Assembly: GCA_002269645.1 (NCBI GenBank)
Contig: NIVC01002721.1
Coordinates: 62,001 to 126,000 of the forward strand
From: Macrostomum lignano
Taxonomy: Eukaryota
Length of the DNA: 64,000 nucleotides
Direction: 5' to 3'
A program made the position numbers and the translations under genes. Numbering within the stretch: the first letter of the stretch is position 1; every line of letters starts with the position of its first letter. This document shows positions 12,404 to 34,913 of this stretch, piece by piece. A model generated the notes under the pieces. The model saw only the letters and a list, made by a program, of their open reading frames with translations. It ran no database searches and was not told the origin of the DNA.

Positions 12404-14236
12404 TCAATCGAAAGCGGCTCTTTTACGCTTAGCTCCAACAATTAATTTTTGCACTTCAACAGCTTTGCTCGCCTCCGAATGAGTTGGATCCACGTGATAA
12501 TTTGGATCGGTGAACAGAGCGCCAAATCGTTCGTCGGCTGCCACATCGGCTGCTGTCACTGTCGAGTGAGCACCAGCGACCCGGTCGGCAACTAGCATTG
12601 CCAACTCCTGCTCACTAGCCGGCATTACTCCTTCGCCTTCGCCACTGTCACCTTCGTCACTATCGCCACTGCCGCCGGCACCGTCAGCCTTAGAAGGCAG
12701 CAGGCCAGCTTTAGCCAGTTTAGCCCGTTTCGCTTGCTCCTTTAATCGGCGACGCCTCGTGCGCTTGCGGGATTCTTTCGGCTCCGATTGCTCCTGCTGC
12801 TTCTGGCCCTTGGCACTTGACTTGGCCTTAGCATCGACGTCCTGCAAGGCTAAAGCGATATCGTCGGGCAGCTCGTCGTCTGAGAAGGCGGCCGGCAACT
12901 CGCTGCCATTGTCGGCGTTATCTTCGGCTTTGTCGGCTCCGACATCGTCTCCTAACAGCGCCCGACGAAGCTTCGCCGTTCTGGCTTTGATGGCGTCACT
13001 GTCCTCTTCATCATTGTCGGATTCATCGCTACTCAAATTGAGAAACTCCGACAGTCTATTAAGATCCGGATCGTCTTCGTTGAAATCGGTCTTGTTGAAC
13101 AGGCCCTGCAGGTAGCGAGTTCGCTCAGTCGGTGTCTCGTCCCAGGTTAGGCCGACTTTTGTACGGTTTAATAGACCAGCGGTTAGTTTGCGCGGCTTAT
13201 AAGCAGCCGGGTCCAGACCCGTGCACCGCGTCACAAGATGACGCCATTCGTCTGGCACATCGTCCGGACCGCCGAACTCCATACCCGCCGGCACGTAGCT
13301 CAATCTAAGACACCCGCCGGTGCTTTCCACCTCTAGACCGGAGCACTGCTCATAGACACTGGCTGCGGCTGGAGTGCAATCAAACTCCGCTACAGCGTAA
13401 TAGTACCACAATCGTTTTAGCTGGTAGCGTCGAAGACTTCGACGATAAGAGCCAGACGAAGTTGACGACTTCTTAGCCGGATCGGACGACGCTTTTCGGC
13501 GCAACTCCAACGGTCCCGCTTTGGCCTCTTCGGCCATTCGACGTTGACCGAATTTCGAGGGATAAACTGTGACACTTAGCAAGCGACCAACAGACGATGG
13601 ACAGTGGCTGGAGAGCAGCATAAACAGATCGGTGGCTTTGATCTGCTCCCAGTCTTGCTGAGTAACAGCTAGTCGATTTGTTGGAACAATCGACTGGTCG
13701 TTTTCTTCATCAATCGCTGCGCTGGACGAGCGTTCGAGATTGCGAAACTCCTCGTCGCTGCTGCTTCTCGCTTCGCTGTCGCTGCCTTCATCATTGTCTG
13801 CCTCATTTTGCTCATCATCATCATCATCCTCTTCATCTGAGTCGGATTCTTCCTCAGCTACTTCTTCATCTTCTTCGTCTTCATCCTTATCCACAGCATC
13901 CTCACTCTCTTCATCTTCTTGGTTGTCAGAACTAGCTTCGACCTCATCATTATCATCCTCATCCTCACCGTGACGACCCTGTTTCAATCCGTAGAACCTG
14001 CTCAGATCCTGTCGCGAGCTCATGGCCACCGGCCTGCCCCTCTTATCGCTGCGTACGCTGGTGGAGAACTCCGGATCTGTAAACATGGCGCCAAATCGAT
14101 CGTCAATTTCAACGCGAGTTGCTTTGCGAGCCGAAGCCGATCGATAGCGCGGATCGGTGCTCACGTGACCGAAGCGCGGATCCGAGCGCCATTCTTCGTC
14201 GCGGTTGCCCGCTGCGTTGCGACGCTTCTTAACCAT
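12404..14236 (-). CDS. ESF1: Pre-rRNA processing protein ESF1 homologue (intronless, 610 aa)
   Basis: N-terminal DPRF and IDDRFGAMF motifs, acidic tract, TNRLAVTQQDWEQIKATDLFMLL, VTVYPSKFG, YQLKRLWYYYAV, VGLTWDET, and C-terminal NUC153-type DERFGALFTDPNYHVDPT. Confidence 0.93.
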   Translation of the reverse strand: MVKKRRNAAGNRDEEWRSDPRFGHVSTDPRYRSASARKATRVEIDDRFGAMFTDPEFSTSVRSDKRGRPVAMSSRQDLSRFYGLKQGRHGEDEDDNDEVEASSDNQEDEESEDAVDKDEDEEDEEVAEEESDSDEEDDDDDEQNEADNDEGSDSEARSSSDEEFRNLERSSSAAIDEENDQSIVPTNRLAVTQQDWEQIKATDLFMLLSSHCPSSVGRLLSVTVYPSKFGQRRMAEEAKAGPLELRRKASSDPAKKSSTSSGSYRRSLRRYQLKRLWYYYAVAEFDCTPAAASVYEQCSGLEVESTGGCLRLSYVPAGMEFGGPDDVPDEWRHLVTRCTGLDPAAYKPRKLTAGLLNRTKVGLTWDETPTERTRYLQGLFNKTDFNEDDPDLNRLSEFLNLSSDESDNDEEDSDAIKARTAKLRRALLGDDVGADKAEDNADNGSELPAAFSDDELPDDIALALQDVDAKAKSSAKGQKQQEQSEPKESRKRTRRRRLKEQAKRAKLAKAGLLPSKADGAGGSGDSDEGDSGEGEGVMPASEQELAMLVADRVAGAHSTVTAADVAADERFGALFTDPNYHVDPTHSEASKAVEVQKLIVGAKRKRAAFD

Positions 14237-14469
14237 TGTGTAGGTCTAGGGCTGCTGTGAGTAGCTGAAACGACGATAATGATATATGGTCAAGGGAATC
14301 CATAGAATAATATACTGGCTAATTAAATGTAGCCTAAATCTACCTGCCTGTCTGCGTGCACGATTAGGCCTGTCATTCTCTCTGCCTGTTCGTCTTAGTG
14401 TCCTAGTGTCTGTCTGTTTTCGTCTGTATGTACGTCTTTCTTTCTGTCGTAGTGTCTTAGTGCCCGTCT

Positions 14470-14470
14470 G

Positions 14471-14535
<65 letters not shown>

Positions 14536-14700
14536 GTCTATCTGTCTGTCTGTCTATCTGACTATCTGTCTATCTGTATATCTATCTGTCGATCTGTATA
14601 TCTATCTGTCGATCTGTCTGTTTGTCGGTCTGTCTGTCTGTCCGTCTGTCTGTCTGTCTTAGTGCCTTAGTGTCTGTCTGTCTGTCTGTCTACCTGCCTC
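14470..14700. repeat. (TCTG)n/(TCTA)n microsatellite upstream of ESF1
   Basis: Direct tetranucleotide run. Confidence 0.9.
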
Positions 14701-15826
14701 TCGCAAGCTAAGCAGACCTTTCAAGTGTCCAGTACACCAAGCACAATTAACAACAGGCAGCAAAGCTACCAAGTGTGCCATAAGAGAACCAATCAAATTA
14801 GAATATATTTCATTGCTTTCAGATTTAACACAATAAACAACAGTGTATAAAGTATTCAAAGCAAGCAATGAGATTATTGCAGTGCAATAAAAGCCGGACT
14901 AGATAACGCAGACACTGCTACACAATCACGGTAATCTATAGGCCATGCATTAGCGACTACATAGTACATGCTGAAGCAGTCACAGCCGAAAAAAAGCAAA
15001 CCCACCCTGAACAACAAAACAAACAGCAATAACGCTGTTAAAATCTCGACTGTGTAAAAAAATTTAAGCTGCGTAAGCGATATTATAAAATCTGAGTATT
15101 ACATGACGAGAAAAAAAACTTAATAAAAAGTTGTGCGCAAAAAACAGTGACAGTCTACAAGCAAGTAAACTATTATCAGGCAATCTAAAATACTAATTAA
15201 AATATTTAGTATTTTAATAGCAAGAGATTGTGCTCAATAGTTGTAACCTAAAACGCTAAAAGATTATTTGATACGTTTAACTATGAAAAATACAAAGAAT
15301 AAAAAATAAACCAAAACGCGTATACGATTACTAAAAGTAGCGAAATCGAATTTAAAATTTTCGATTAAAATTTTACCGCCGATTAAAAAAAAAACTAGTT
15401 GACAGACGAATCCAACAGATCACATAAAAAACACAATAAGAGACAATTATTAAAATATTCTATTTTGTTAAAAACAAATACTGCACGATAGTAAGAAACA
15501 AACAAACAAACAAGAATACGAACGAAATTCTTTGTAAGCCATCGTAAATTTAAACTTTGTCAAAAACTGAGTATAATATATGCATCACTCTGTGAATCTC
15601 TATTAATAAAATGAAAGAATACTGTTGTTGTGCAAAACCTTTTAGATTGTTTCACACGCTTACTATACTATTAATCGGTATTGAATAAAAATTATAAAAT
15701 AACTTGATATATAGAATTTGAAAAAAACGAAAAAGCGCAAATTTCTACTGCAATAAAAGTTGGCAGTAGTATAAGTCCGACTTAAAACACAAAATTGTTT
15801 GAACTGACGCAGTCAAATCTGGCATC

Positions 15827-25747
<9,921 letters not shown>

Positions 25748-26435
25748 AAAGCACCCAATGGTGGCTGCCTGGTAGCTGGTTAATGCTTTAATAAAGACAG
25801 CGTCACCCTGCTTTGTAAATATGCTGTCATAAATAATAAAAATTAATGATCGATTTAAAGAGTCTTGCACTAAAATAGTTATCAATTTTTTATGTTTAAA
25901 TAGTTACATTTGTGTATGACATAAATTACCATATAAGTTAATTTTTATCCTAAATTTACTCAAAAAAGGGAACTATATTCTGCTATAGACATTCAAGACT
26001 TAAAAAGATTTTAAAGGCTAATAAATATACAAAAAATCTGACATAGCAAGCTGGTTTATTATAGATTTTTTCTTAATTGATTTCTAAGCTTATCATTTCA
26101 ACTTACAGATGATGTAATAATTATGAGACAATATATAGATAATATAATAAAGATGCCTAAGTTTATCATACAAAGCATAAAATTTTTCTAGGAAGTACTG
26201 GCCTCTAGGTGATATAATCTATCTCAATATGATTTATATGGCCCAATTTTTCTATCTTAGTGGTCTAGTGTCTAATAGTTATAAGGATTTACAATATTGC
26301 TATAGACTTGTCTAGGCTGCCTTTTAATTTGTAAGGGCTGTCCTAGTCTAAGGCCTTGCTTGACTGCCAGTGGATGACACTATTCTAGTGATTAAGACTG
26401 TCCTATTATATAATGTCAAGACCTATATGCTAATA

Positions 26436-27400
26436 TGAGGTGTGTCCCAAAAGTTCCTAAAATTTCTATCATTACTCGACAATTATTGAGCATATCTTCA
26501 CATCCTTGGTGTTAAATGAAAGATGAATTTCTCATTAAAATATAGCTATTTGAATCACGTCAATATGTCTAACCATCTCTTTGCTACACATAAAAATGTT
26601 TGCAAAGGTTGGTACTAGGGTCACACATCCTTAAGAGCCTTTTGAAAAAAAACAATGATATTCATAAAACAGTGAAGAAAAGAAATATGGGATAATTTAA
26701 ACAGCAACATTGATTAAATCTCAAGTTAGTCAGCAGTAGGAAAAGTTCAAATGTATATTTACTCATCCAACTCAGCCTGTGGCTTTTCAATTGTAGTTGC
26801 CATCATACATGCGCAACAGTCGGCCGAGTCGGCCGATCCGGCCGACCGATTTGGCGGCCAACCAAGGAAGTCGCAAAAATGCCCACCCGAAAAAAACGCA
26901 AAGTAGTAGTACTAAGTAGCTGACGAGGCATTTTAACTTAATAAGACAGTTATAGTTACTCCTGCCGTTTACCCAAAGTTGCGTTAATTTTGCGTTTGGG
27001 TTTTTTTTACATGTAAGTCGCATTTTTGGCCAAAAACTACGTCGCATTTTTGTTAAAACTAAGTCGCATGGCCGACCGAATTTTGGAGGTTGCGCATGTA
27101 TGGTTGCCATCCAAATGCATACATTTCTGCCACCTGGATCACATGGCATTGATGGCCTTGGCAAATGTAGAGCAAGGCATTTCATAGAGGATGACATGGC
27201 AAATGAGGCTTTCAAGTTCACTTCAGTTTTTAAAAACCCGGCCACAAAGAAGTCTTTTCATTTGGGGTAATATTGCAAAATTGGCAGGCACCATATCTGG
27301 CAAGTATGGCAGATGAGACAGCAACTCAAAGTTGAACTGCTCAATCTTCTCCATCGTCTTTCCTGCTATATGGGGTCTATCAGTAAGGGTAATACTTTTC
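26436..27400 (-). mobile_element. Decayed mariner (Tc1/mariner) element: transposase C-terminal remnant plus a probable terminal inverted repeat (TIR)
   Basis: The minus strand near 27380-27120 reads DRPHIAGKTMEKIEQFNFELLSHLPYLPDMVPANFAILPQMKRLLCGRVFKN*...SRWQKCMHLDGNY, matching the mariner HDNARPH...HPPYSPDLAPSDF...RWEKC pattern but with stops. A mariner-like end TA|TGAGGTGTGTCCCAAAAGTTCC lies at 26434. Confidence 0.7.
26804..27102. mobile_element. 299-bp MITE (hAT-like), copy A, nested in the mariner remnant
   Basis: Perfect 14-bp TIR CATACATGCGCAAC and 8-bp TSD GTTGCCAT (26796-26803 and 27103-27110). Confidence 0.9.
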
Positions 27401-27742
27401 TATGGTGCACTAAGGCTCTTAGTTTTAGTGTTTTAGTTTTAGTGTAGTTTTAGGATAAATAGCAAGAGTAACCATGAGTGTCTTATTAAGGCTAAATTCC
27501 TTGTTATCTAATTAGTACTATATCTATATTCAGTATAAAAGTTAACATGATCTGTTGCATCATACAGAGCTATAATTTTAGATCTCATGTTATATAGTCA
27601 CAAATTTTCAATAGGGCACATCGTAAACCACAGTAATATTTTGTCTAGGCCCTACTGTCCTTATATTCTCTTATAACTAACTAGCTTAACTGATTAATAT
27701 TATACATTTTATTGTATTTAGGGATAGAATGATATAAAAAAT

Positions 27743-28958
27743 GGGTCTATGAAATTTGCTAGCAAGAAATTTGCTTGCCAAAATCTGCTAGCTGAAATCT
27801 GCTAGCCGAAATTTGCTAGCAGGAATTTTGCTGGCCAAAAGTTGCTAGCAGGAATTTTGCTAGCAAGGATTTAGCTAGCCAAAATCTGCTAGCAGGAATT
27901 TGCTGACCAAACTTCTTGCAACCGGCGTCAAAAGATTGCTTGTTTTCTGGCAATGGCAATGTATTGTTTTACCTAAAAAAATCCACAGAAGTGGGTAAAA
28001 ATCCCAAATATTTTATAACTAAAAGCATCAGCATCAGTTCAAGTGTTTGGAAAGTCAGTTTGTCATTGTGGGGGACAGAATACTCTCAAGTCGCAATCAG
28101 ATAGCTTGTAGTTAGGACAGTAGTTGAATTCCTTATTGAACTGTCATGGCTAAATGTTAGTAGAGAAGGCTATAAAAAGTTTTTCCAGAACACTGTATAT
28201 TTGTTATGTATATTGAGCCCTATCACCTGATCGTTGGTCTAGGGTAATGAGTGAGTGAGTAGCACAAACAACAGAAAAAGCTGACAAACTTCACATGCCT
28301 ACAGTTTATGTTCTAACTGGGGTACAAAGTTGAGACTTTATATTTAGACAGAGAATGAGTCAATGAAGAATTTTATCAAGTTTAAAGTCAATCGCTGTAC
28401 GTGGAGCAAACTTATGGCAGCTGAAAGTTAGTTAATTTTAAACCCCCTTCACACATCTCTCCAGTGGTCAAGAAGGAGAGAGGCGGAGGTTGGGGTGGCT
28501 GTCTTGCTGACGAAAAGCAGACTAACTTAAAAAAAAAACAGTGTTGTTAGGAATTAACTTCGAGACTCAAAAATTTCTACACGATTGTCAAAATAGTTGA
28601 AAATTGGATTGTGTCCAATTTGAAGAGGATTGGTAAAGCTGTAAAGGTAAAAGTGGAATGACGCTATAGAGGATTTATTGAAATTCTTGCAAAACTGGAC
28701 AAGCAAATTGTCTCTAGCTAATTACAACTTCCTGAGTTTGGCCAGCCAAATTGCTGCTTGCCGGTTTTGGTTGGATTCCTGCTAGCAGATTTTGGCTAGC
28801 AAAATCCTCGCTAGCAAAATTCCTGCTAGCAAGCTTCGGCTAGCAAATTTTGGCTAGCAGATTTTGCTAGCAAACTTTGGCTAGCAGATTTCGGCAAGCA
28901 AATTTCTTGCTAGCAAACTTTGGCTAGCAGATTTCCTGCTAGCAAATCTCGTACTCCC
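27743..28958. mobile_element. ~1.2-kb non-autonomous DNA element with inverted subterminal GCTAGC-rich arrays
   Basis: Ends GGGTCTATGAAATTTGCTAGC and GCTAGCAAATCTCGTACTCCC; ~170-200-bp inverted arrays of tgctagc units; flanks taaaaaat/aaaaaaat. Confidence 0.7.
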
Positions 28959-30467
28959 AAAAAAATCCTTTAAAGGAAGGCCAAGCTATATTAAGCATTA
29001 TAACCCAATGGCCAATATTGAAAAATGGACCATGTATATCTATAAGTCAAAAACATATGGCCCAAATCTTTTTGGCCATGCCTAAGAAAAATGGCCATGG
29101 CTCCCTTGGCTACCCCTTTAGATCTACTATTAGACATGGTTATAAAAGTTTATTCATTTTTAATTAAAAATGTTTTACACTACACTTAATAAAACTAAAA
29201 CATGCAATATTGTAGGCCTAATTAAAAAACATTAGGCTTATATAACATAAGGACATTTAGTTTTATTCAATAAATATTATTTTGTAGTATATTGGATATT
29301 GATGATTTTTCATAAGACTGTATATAAAATAATAAATAAATTATAAAATTTTTATTCTATAACAAAATGTATCATAGCCATAGGCCTTATTTTAAACCTA
29401 AAAATAAAACTTCAAATAAATTATTAACATATCTTAGGCCTAGTTAGACTTAGGCCTAGGCCATACTTCAGAAGATATACTGCAATAGTAATGTATATTA
29501 CTATTAGAAATTCAAATGCTAGGTCTACTATATTAGCTATTTTAGATGAGTAATTTATGTTATGACTACAAAAAGTTATAAATGATACTGACATCAAGGT
29601 TTTTACATAAAAATAGGGCCTAATATAGAGCCCTAGGGTCCTAAGCCTAAGGACCTAAGCACTTAGCACTATAGATAGATAGGCCTATGGTGGTTATTTA
29701 AGAATAAGAGCACATGTTTGTTATATTTAATAGTATTGACAAATAAAATTATATTTTAGGAACTAGCAATAAATTATATTATTGAACTACCTCTCTTGAC
29801 TCTCGTCTCGACTTAACTGAAAGACCAAAAAGCTAAAAAACCAAAGGCCAAAGCCGAAAGGGTTTAGGCCTAAACATTTTTAAAATTGCAAAATCGCTAC
29901 GAGTCTAGGAAAAATGGATGGATTTTGAATTGCAGCGCCTTTCTATGAAACAACTTTCTTGTCGTTATCGATATCCAACCTTTAAACAACGGATAAAGCA
30001 GCTGTAAGCAGCTATAAGCTGCTATAAGCAGCTGTCAAATCCTTCCAAATCAATGCTCAGCTCGGCCGGAAAAGCTAAAAATCAGCGTGCAATAAAAGTA
30101 ATTTTTAAACTGTCTAACAATGGGCGTCGACGGTTGGCACTTTGGCACAGTTAGACGCCTCAATGCTAAGACCTCAGCCAAGGGACACTTAGAACTTTGG
30201 TGTTGCACAGCCAATTTCTTTCAGCTGTGCATCCTAGAGTCTTGTTGTTATCTATTCAATGATCAAACTTTCTTTGTACATGTACTATACTATTCTCATA
30301 TTTTTTCTTTATTCTAGGTCTACTTAAGCTATAGCCTATACTAGGCTTTACTCATTTTGGTATTTTAATTGGGTTGATATAATTGTACTATGCCTATTAT
30401 TATCTTATTTGTGTCTTGTTTTTCTAAGTGTCAATTAGGCCTAGGTCTATTAGCCTATAAGCTTATT

Positions 30468-30766
30468 CATACATGCGAAACCTCCAAAATTCGGTCGGCC
30501 GTGCGACTTAGTTTTAACAAAAATGCGACGTAGTTTTTGGCCAAAATTGCGACTTACATGTAAAAAAAACCCTAAAGCAAAATTAACGCAATTTTGGGTA
30601 AACGGCAGGAGTAACTATGACTGTCTTATTAAGCCAAAATGCCTCGTCAGCTACGTAGTACTACTACTTGGGTGTTTTTTCGGGTGGGCATTTTTGCGAC
30701 TTCCTTGGTTGGCCGCCAAATCGGTCGGCCGGATCGGCCGACTCGGCCGACTGTTGCGCATGTATG
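30468..30766. mobile_element. 299-bp MITE, copy B, in opposite orientation to copy A
   Basis: Near-identical reverse complement of 26804-27102; TIR with one mismatch; its own 8-bp TSD AGCTTATT (30460-30467 and 30767-30774). Confidence 0.9.
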
Positions 30767-30974
30767 AGCTTATTTCCTATAATAATACCCATTTTCATCT
30801 TCACTTATAATATAGGCCTTAATTATAAATAATGTAGAATTGTGTCTGCATTATTTATAGATCATACCAAGTATACCTAGGCCTAGTCCTACCTGAGCCT
30901 AAGTAAGGAAATTAAAAAATAATAAAAATATAAAAAAAAAATTTATCTAAAAGGAAAAGTAATATATATTCTCA

Positions 30975-31585
30975 GATCCTTAGTTGCTAGGTTGCCTCAC
31001 CTTCCTAGATGCTTAGTTGCTAAGCCACCTTCAGATCCTCAGTTGCTAAGCCATCTTAGTTGCTAGGCTGTCTACAACTCTTCTAGATCCTGGGTTGCTA
31101 GGCCATCCCACTTTCCTAGATCCTAAATTGCTAGGCTAGGCCTCCCTACTTTCCTAGATCCTGAGTTGCTAGGCCATCCTAACCCCACCTTCCTAGATCC
31201 TGAGTTGCTAGGCCACCCTAACTGCATCTTCCTAGATCCTAAATTGCTAGGCCCCCATCCTACTAGATCCTTGGTTGCTAGGCCACCCTCAGGAGGCACC
31301 CTCCCAGATCCTTAGTTGCTGGGCCACCCTCCCAGACCCAGATCCTCAGTTGCTAGGCCATCCTCCCATATTCCTCAGTTGCTAAGCCAGCCTCCTAGAT
31401 CCTCAGTTGTTGGGCCAGCCTCCTAGATCTTCAGTTGCTAGGCTACCCTCCTAGATCCTTAATTGCTGGGCCAGTCTCCCAGATCCTCAGTTGCTAGGCC
31501 AGCCTCTTAGATCCTCAGTTGCTGGGCTACCCCCCTAGATCCTCAGTTGCTAGGCCACTCTACCAGATCATTAGTTGCTAGGCCA
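30975..31585. repeat. Degenerate ~28-bp minisatellite (CCTAGATCCTCAGTTGCTAGGCCAGCCT-like)
   Basis: Recurring agatcctcagttgctaggcca core. Confidence 0.85.
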
Positions 31586-31912
31586 TAGAGGTTTAAGTGG
31601 GTTCATAAAAATTCTTTAAAAAATCATAAAAATTCTTACAGCAAACACTTAAACAGAAGTTACAATATATGTACCTGCGCCATTTTATAAAGTGATGGCT
31701 TCCTCAGTGTCATGTAGGATTCTTCTATTCTAACTTAGTTGTCTACAAATCATTTGAATATAGACTACTAATATCAGTAGTAGATAAAGCGTCATTCCAC
31801 TCTACTCTTAATTCGATTCATGAGTGTGTCTTTCTGTCTTAGTGTTTGTCTTTCCGTCTGTCTGTCTGCTGACTACTGTACAATAAAATCAAAAAACTTT
31901 CCAGCGCACCAT

Positions 31913-33996
31913 ATGGCAGCCGCCAAGCCAAAAGTCTCCAACCCGCTGAGCCTGAGCCTGCCAGACCGGGCACTCAGCGGCATCCTGCGCTGCCTGGACC
32001 TGCGCAGCCTGGCCGCCTGTCGTCTCGTCTGCCGCGCCTGGCTGTCTCGCATCGACGCTTTTTGCAGCGGCGGCGCCTGCGTTGGTGGTGGCTTGTTGAC
32101 CGCTGGTCGCGCCGTCCGTCAGCTGTGCGGCGGCGGCAGCAGTGCAAAATCGCCGACCGCCTGGCAGGCGCTGCAGCTGTCTAGACGGTGCAGCTTGGTG
32201 TGCTCCACGCTGAAAGAGACGGACGTGCAGTGCGAGGAGGAGCTGCTGCCGAGCCTGCCGGACCTGCAGCTGCTGCCCATGGTGAGTGCTCGGCGCTCGC
32301 TCACAAATCAATGCTGCAATATTGTGTGGCTATAAGAAACGAACCAGAAAATGCGCAGCTGGAAATTTAAACTACTTATAGTAGGTTTCAGTCTACCATG
32401 GGGGCCATGGATTTTATGGTGGGGGGGGGCAAAGTAAGGAATTCTACATGACTAAGTTCCTACATAATTTTGAGAATCGGTGTTGTTAGCACTCGTTTTG
32501 GCGCCGCAGGCACTTATTTTAGCGCCACAGACATTCATTTTAGCGCCTCAGGCACTCATTTTAGCGCCGGAGACACTGAGACACTCATTTTAGCGCCGGA
32601 GACACTGAGACACTTATTTTGGCGCCCCAAAGCAAAATTATTGATTTCCATAGCATTTAAATGTCCCTCCTATAGCTTTCACTCGGTGGGGAGTCGGGGA
32701 CATGCCCCCCCTGTCCCCCCGGTGGCGACGCCCCTGCGTGAAAGTGAATGACTCTTGTACTTGAGGTCCCAAGTTCGAGCCCCTATGCTCGTCGCAAAGT
32801 TTCCTACGTAACACCGTTTGCAGTCGGACAAGGGCGGCCGCGGCCGCCTGATGCTGCGAACTCGGATGCTGGACCGTGGCCGCTGCCGCCTTATCAATCG
32901 GCTACTGAAAGTGCCCCAAATACCCGAGGATGCCGAGTGCAGCTTGAAGTTCTGCGCCACCTCCTGGATCGGTCTGGTCATCTGCCGCTTCAACGATGGC
33001 ACATGCGTGGTGACGCTGCCGCTGAGGCCTGGCGACGGCGGACTGGGCGGAGACGAAGTGCTGACCCAGGCGGTGATCAGCCCGCCTATATCCGGCATTT
33101 TCCCTGTTGTCATGGCAACGCACAAGTGCGCCAAGTGCGGCCAAGACCAGCTGCTGGTCTACAGTATGAGCTTGGCTGCGCCCCAGCTCAGCCTGTGGTC
33201 GCTGCCGCCCGCCGCCGACTCGTTCGGCAGGTCGCCGCAAGTCATCGGCAAGCCGCACAGCGTCCTGCAAAGTGGTGTCGTGGGCAGCGATGAAGAGGCC
33301 CTGCGGATGCTGCAGGTGGCGTCGCCTGTCGAGTCGGAGTTTGCCGTGTTCGCCGTGATGAACAGCAACGATGAGGACACTCTGACCACCGTCAGCTTCG
33401 TCCGCGCCGGGTGCCGCCAGCTCAGCCTCCTCCGCAGCCGCATCAGCCTGGGCGGAGACGAGTGCGGCTTCATCACGGACTCCAGCGACGGCGTCCTCGT
33501 CACCATGGTGATCGACGGCCTTCGCCGACGTCGTGGACAGGCTCGCTGTCAGCTGAGACTCCGAGTGACTCGTCACGTGCTGGCCGGACCGAAGTGCACT
33601 GTGTGTCCAGAGACCTTCCTGTACAACTGCCCGATGCCGTCTGCTGAGGTGCCCGAATCCCAGCCTAAGCTAATTGGCCACGGCAGGCAGCTGCTGTGCG
33701 TGACCTTCATGGTGCCGCACTGCCTGGCTCTGTATCGGCCGAGCTGTCCGCAGCCTCCGGTCGTCATCGACCTGCCCAACGACCAGCCGTTGCACTTTCT
33801 GTGGCCGGTCGGCAACTGGCTGAACTGCGGCATCGACCCGGAGCGGCAGAGCTGCCCGCTGCTGGTGTCAGCTGGCATGGAGCGAGATGAAGCAAACAAA
33901 CAGAGCCACCTGCTGAGCTTGAGCTTCTCTAAGGATGCTCCGCAGTCAGCTGTGTGGCAGCGGACTGTGCAGTTTGGCAGCTCGGTTTCTGAGTAA
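31913..33996 (+). CDS. F-box domain protein with an unrecognised ~390-aa C-terminal region (copy 1, intact)
   Basis: Exon 1 31913-32281 (donor gtgagt) contains LPDRALSGILRCLDLRSLAACRLVCRAWLSRID, an F-box pattern. Exon 2 is 32824-33996 (acceptor tttgcag), phase 0, and open to TAA. Confidence 0.75.
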
Positions 33997-34334
33997 CAGC
34001 TTTGATTTATTTGTTGACATTTGGTTTCAGACTTTGTGCTCATCAGTTTACTAATTCTTCTGCAAGCATTTGACAGGTCTGTTTGATCTATTTTTAGCAT
34101 TAATTATATCCAATCTGCCCTGCATTTTATCAAGTACAATAATTTTTTAGACAATTTGTTTGTCACTTGAGTCTCGACTTTTTTTACTATAATTTTTCGC
34201 TGTCGCTTTGTTGCTTTGGCTTAATTTTAACTCGTTCGTTATTAAATATATAAAAAATAGGCGAATTCTTCGCTTTCTCAAAAATCGTTCTGAGTTTTAT
34301 ACTCTTATTCAATTTTTAGACGTTGCTCTTCATA

Positions 34335-34770
34335 CCTTCTCCATCCCCACAGTCACAAATCATTTAGTTCCCCATCCCCACAGTCACAGATCATTCAGTT
34401 CCCCATCCCCACAGTCACAAATCATTTAGTTCCCCATCCCCACAGTCACAGATCATTCAGTTCCCCATCCCCACAGTCACAAATCATTTAGTTCCCCATC
34501 CCCACAGTCACAAATCATTTAGTTCCCCATCCCCACAGTCACAAATCATTTAGTTCCCCATCCCCATCCCCACAGTCACAAATAATTTAGTTCCCCATCC
34601 CCACAGTCACAAATCATTTAGTTCCCCATCCCCACAGTCACAAATCATTTAGTTCCCCATCCCCACAGTCACAAATCATTTAGTTCCCCATCCCCACAGT
34701 CACAAATCATTTAGTTCCTCATCCCCACAGCCACAAATCATTTAGTTCCCCATCCCCACAGTCACAAATC
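34335..34770. repeat. 31-bp minisatellite (AGTTCCCCATCCCCACAGTCACAAATCATTT)n
   Basis: About 14 direct units. Confidence 0.93.
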
Positions 34771-34913
34771 CCTATCCTTCAAATCCCCATCCTGCAAATC
34801 CCCATCCTGCAAATCTCCTTCCTGCGGATCCCCATCCTGCAGATCTCTATTGTGCAGATTCAGGAAGAACCTGTTTCTCAGTTCACGGGACTGTCAGTAC
34901 TGGAGGCGGAAAT

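Noticed and set aside
32396-32736. hAT-like MITE in the intron of F-box copy 1 (one end CAGGGGCGTCGCCACC on the minus strand)
   Set aside because: The opposite end is only loosely similar and no TSD was found.
33106-33119. RFX X-box-like GTTGTCATGGCAAC (also ~36761; GTTTCTATGGCGAC at 38321)
   Set aside because: The first two lie in coding sequence (VVMAT) and the third has no nearby gene start.
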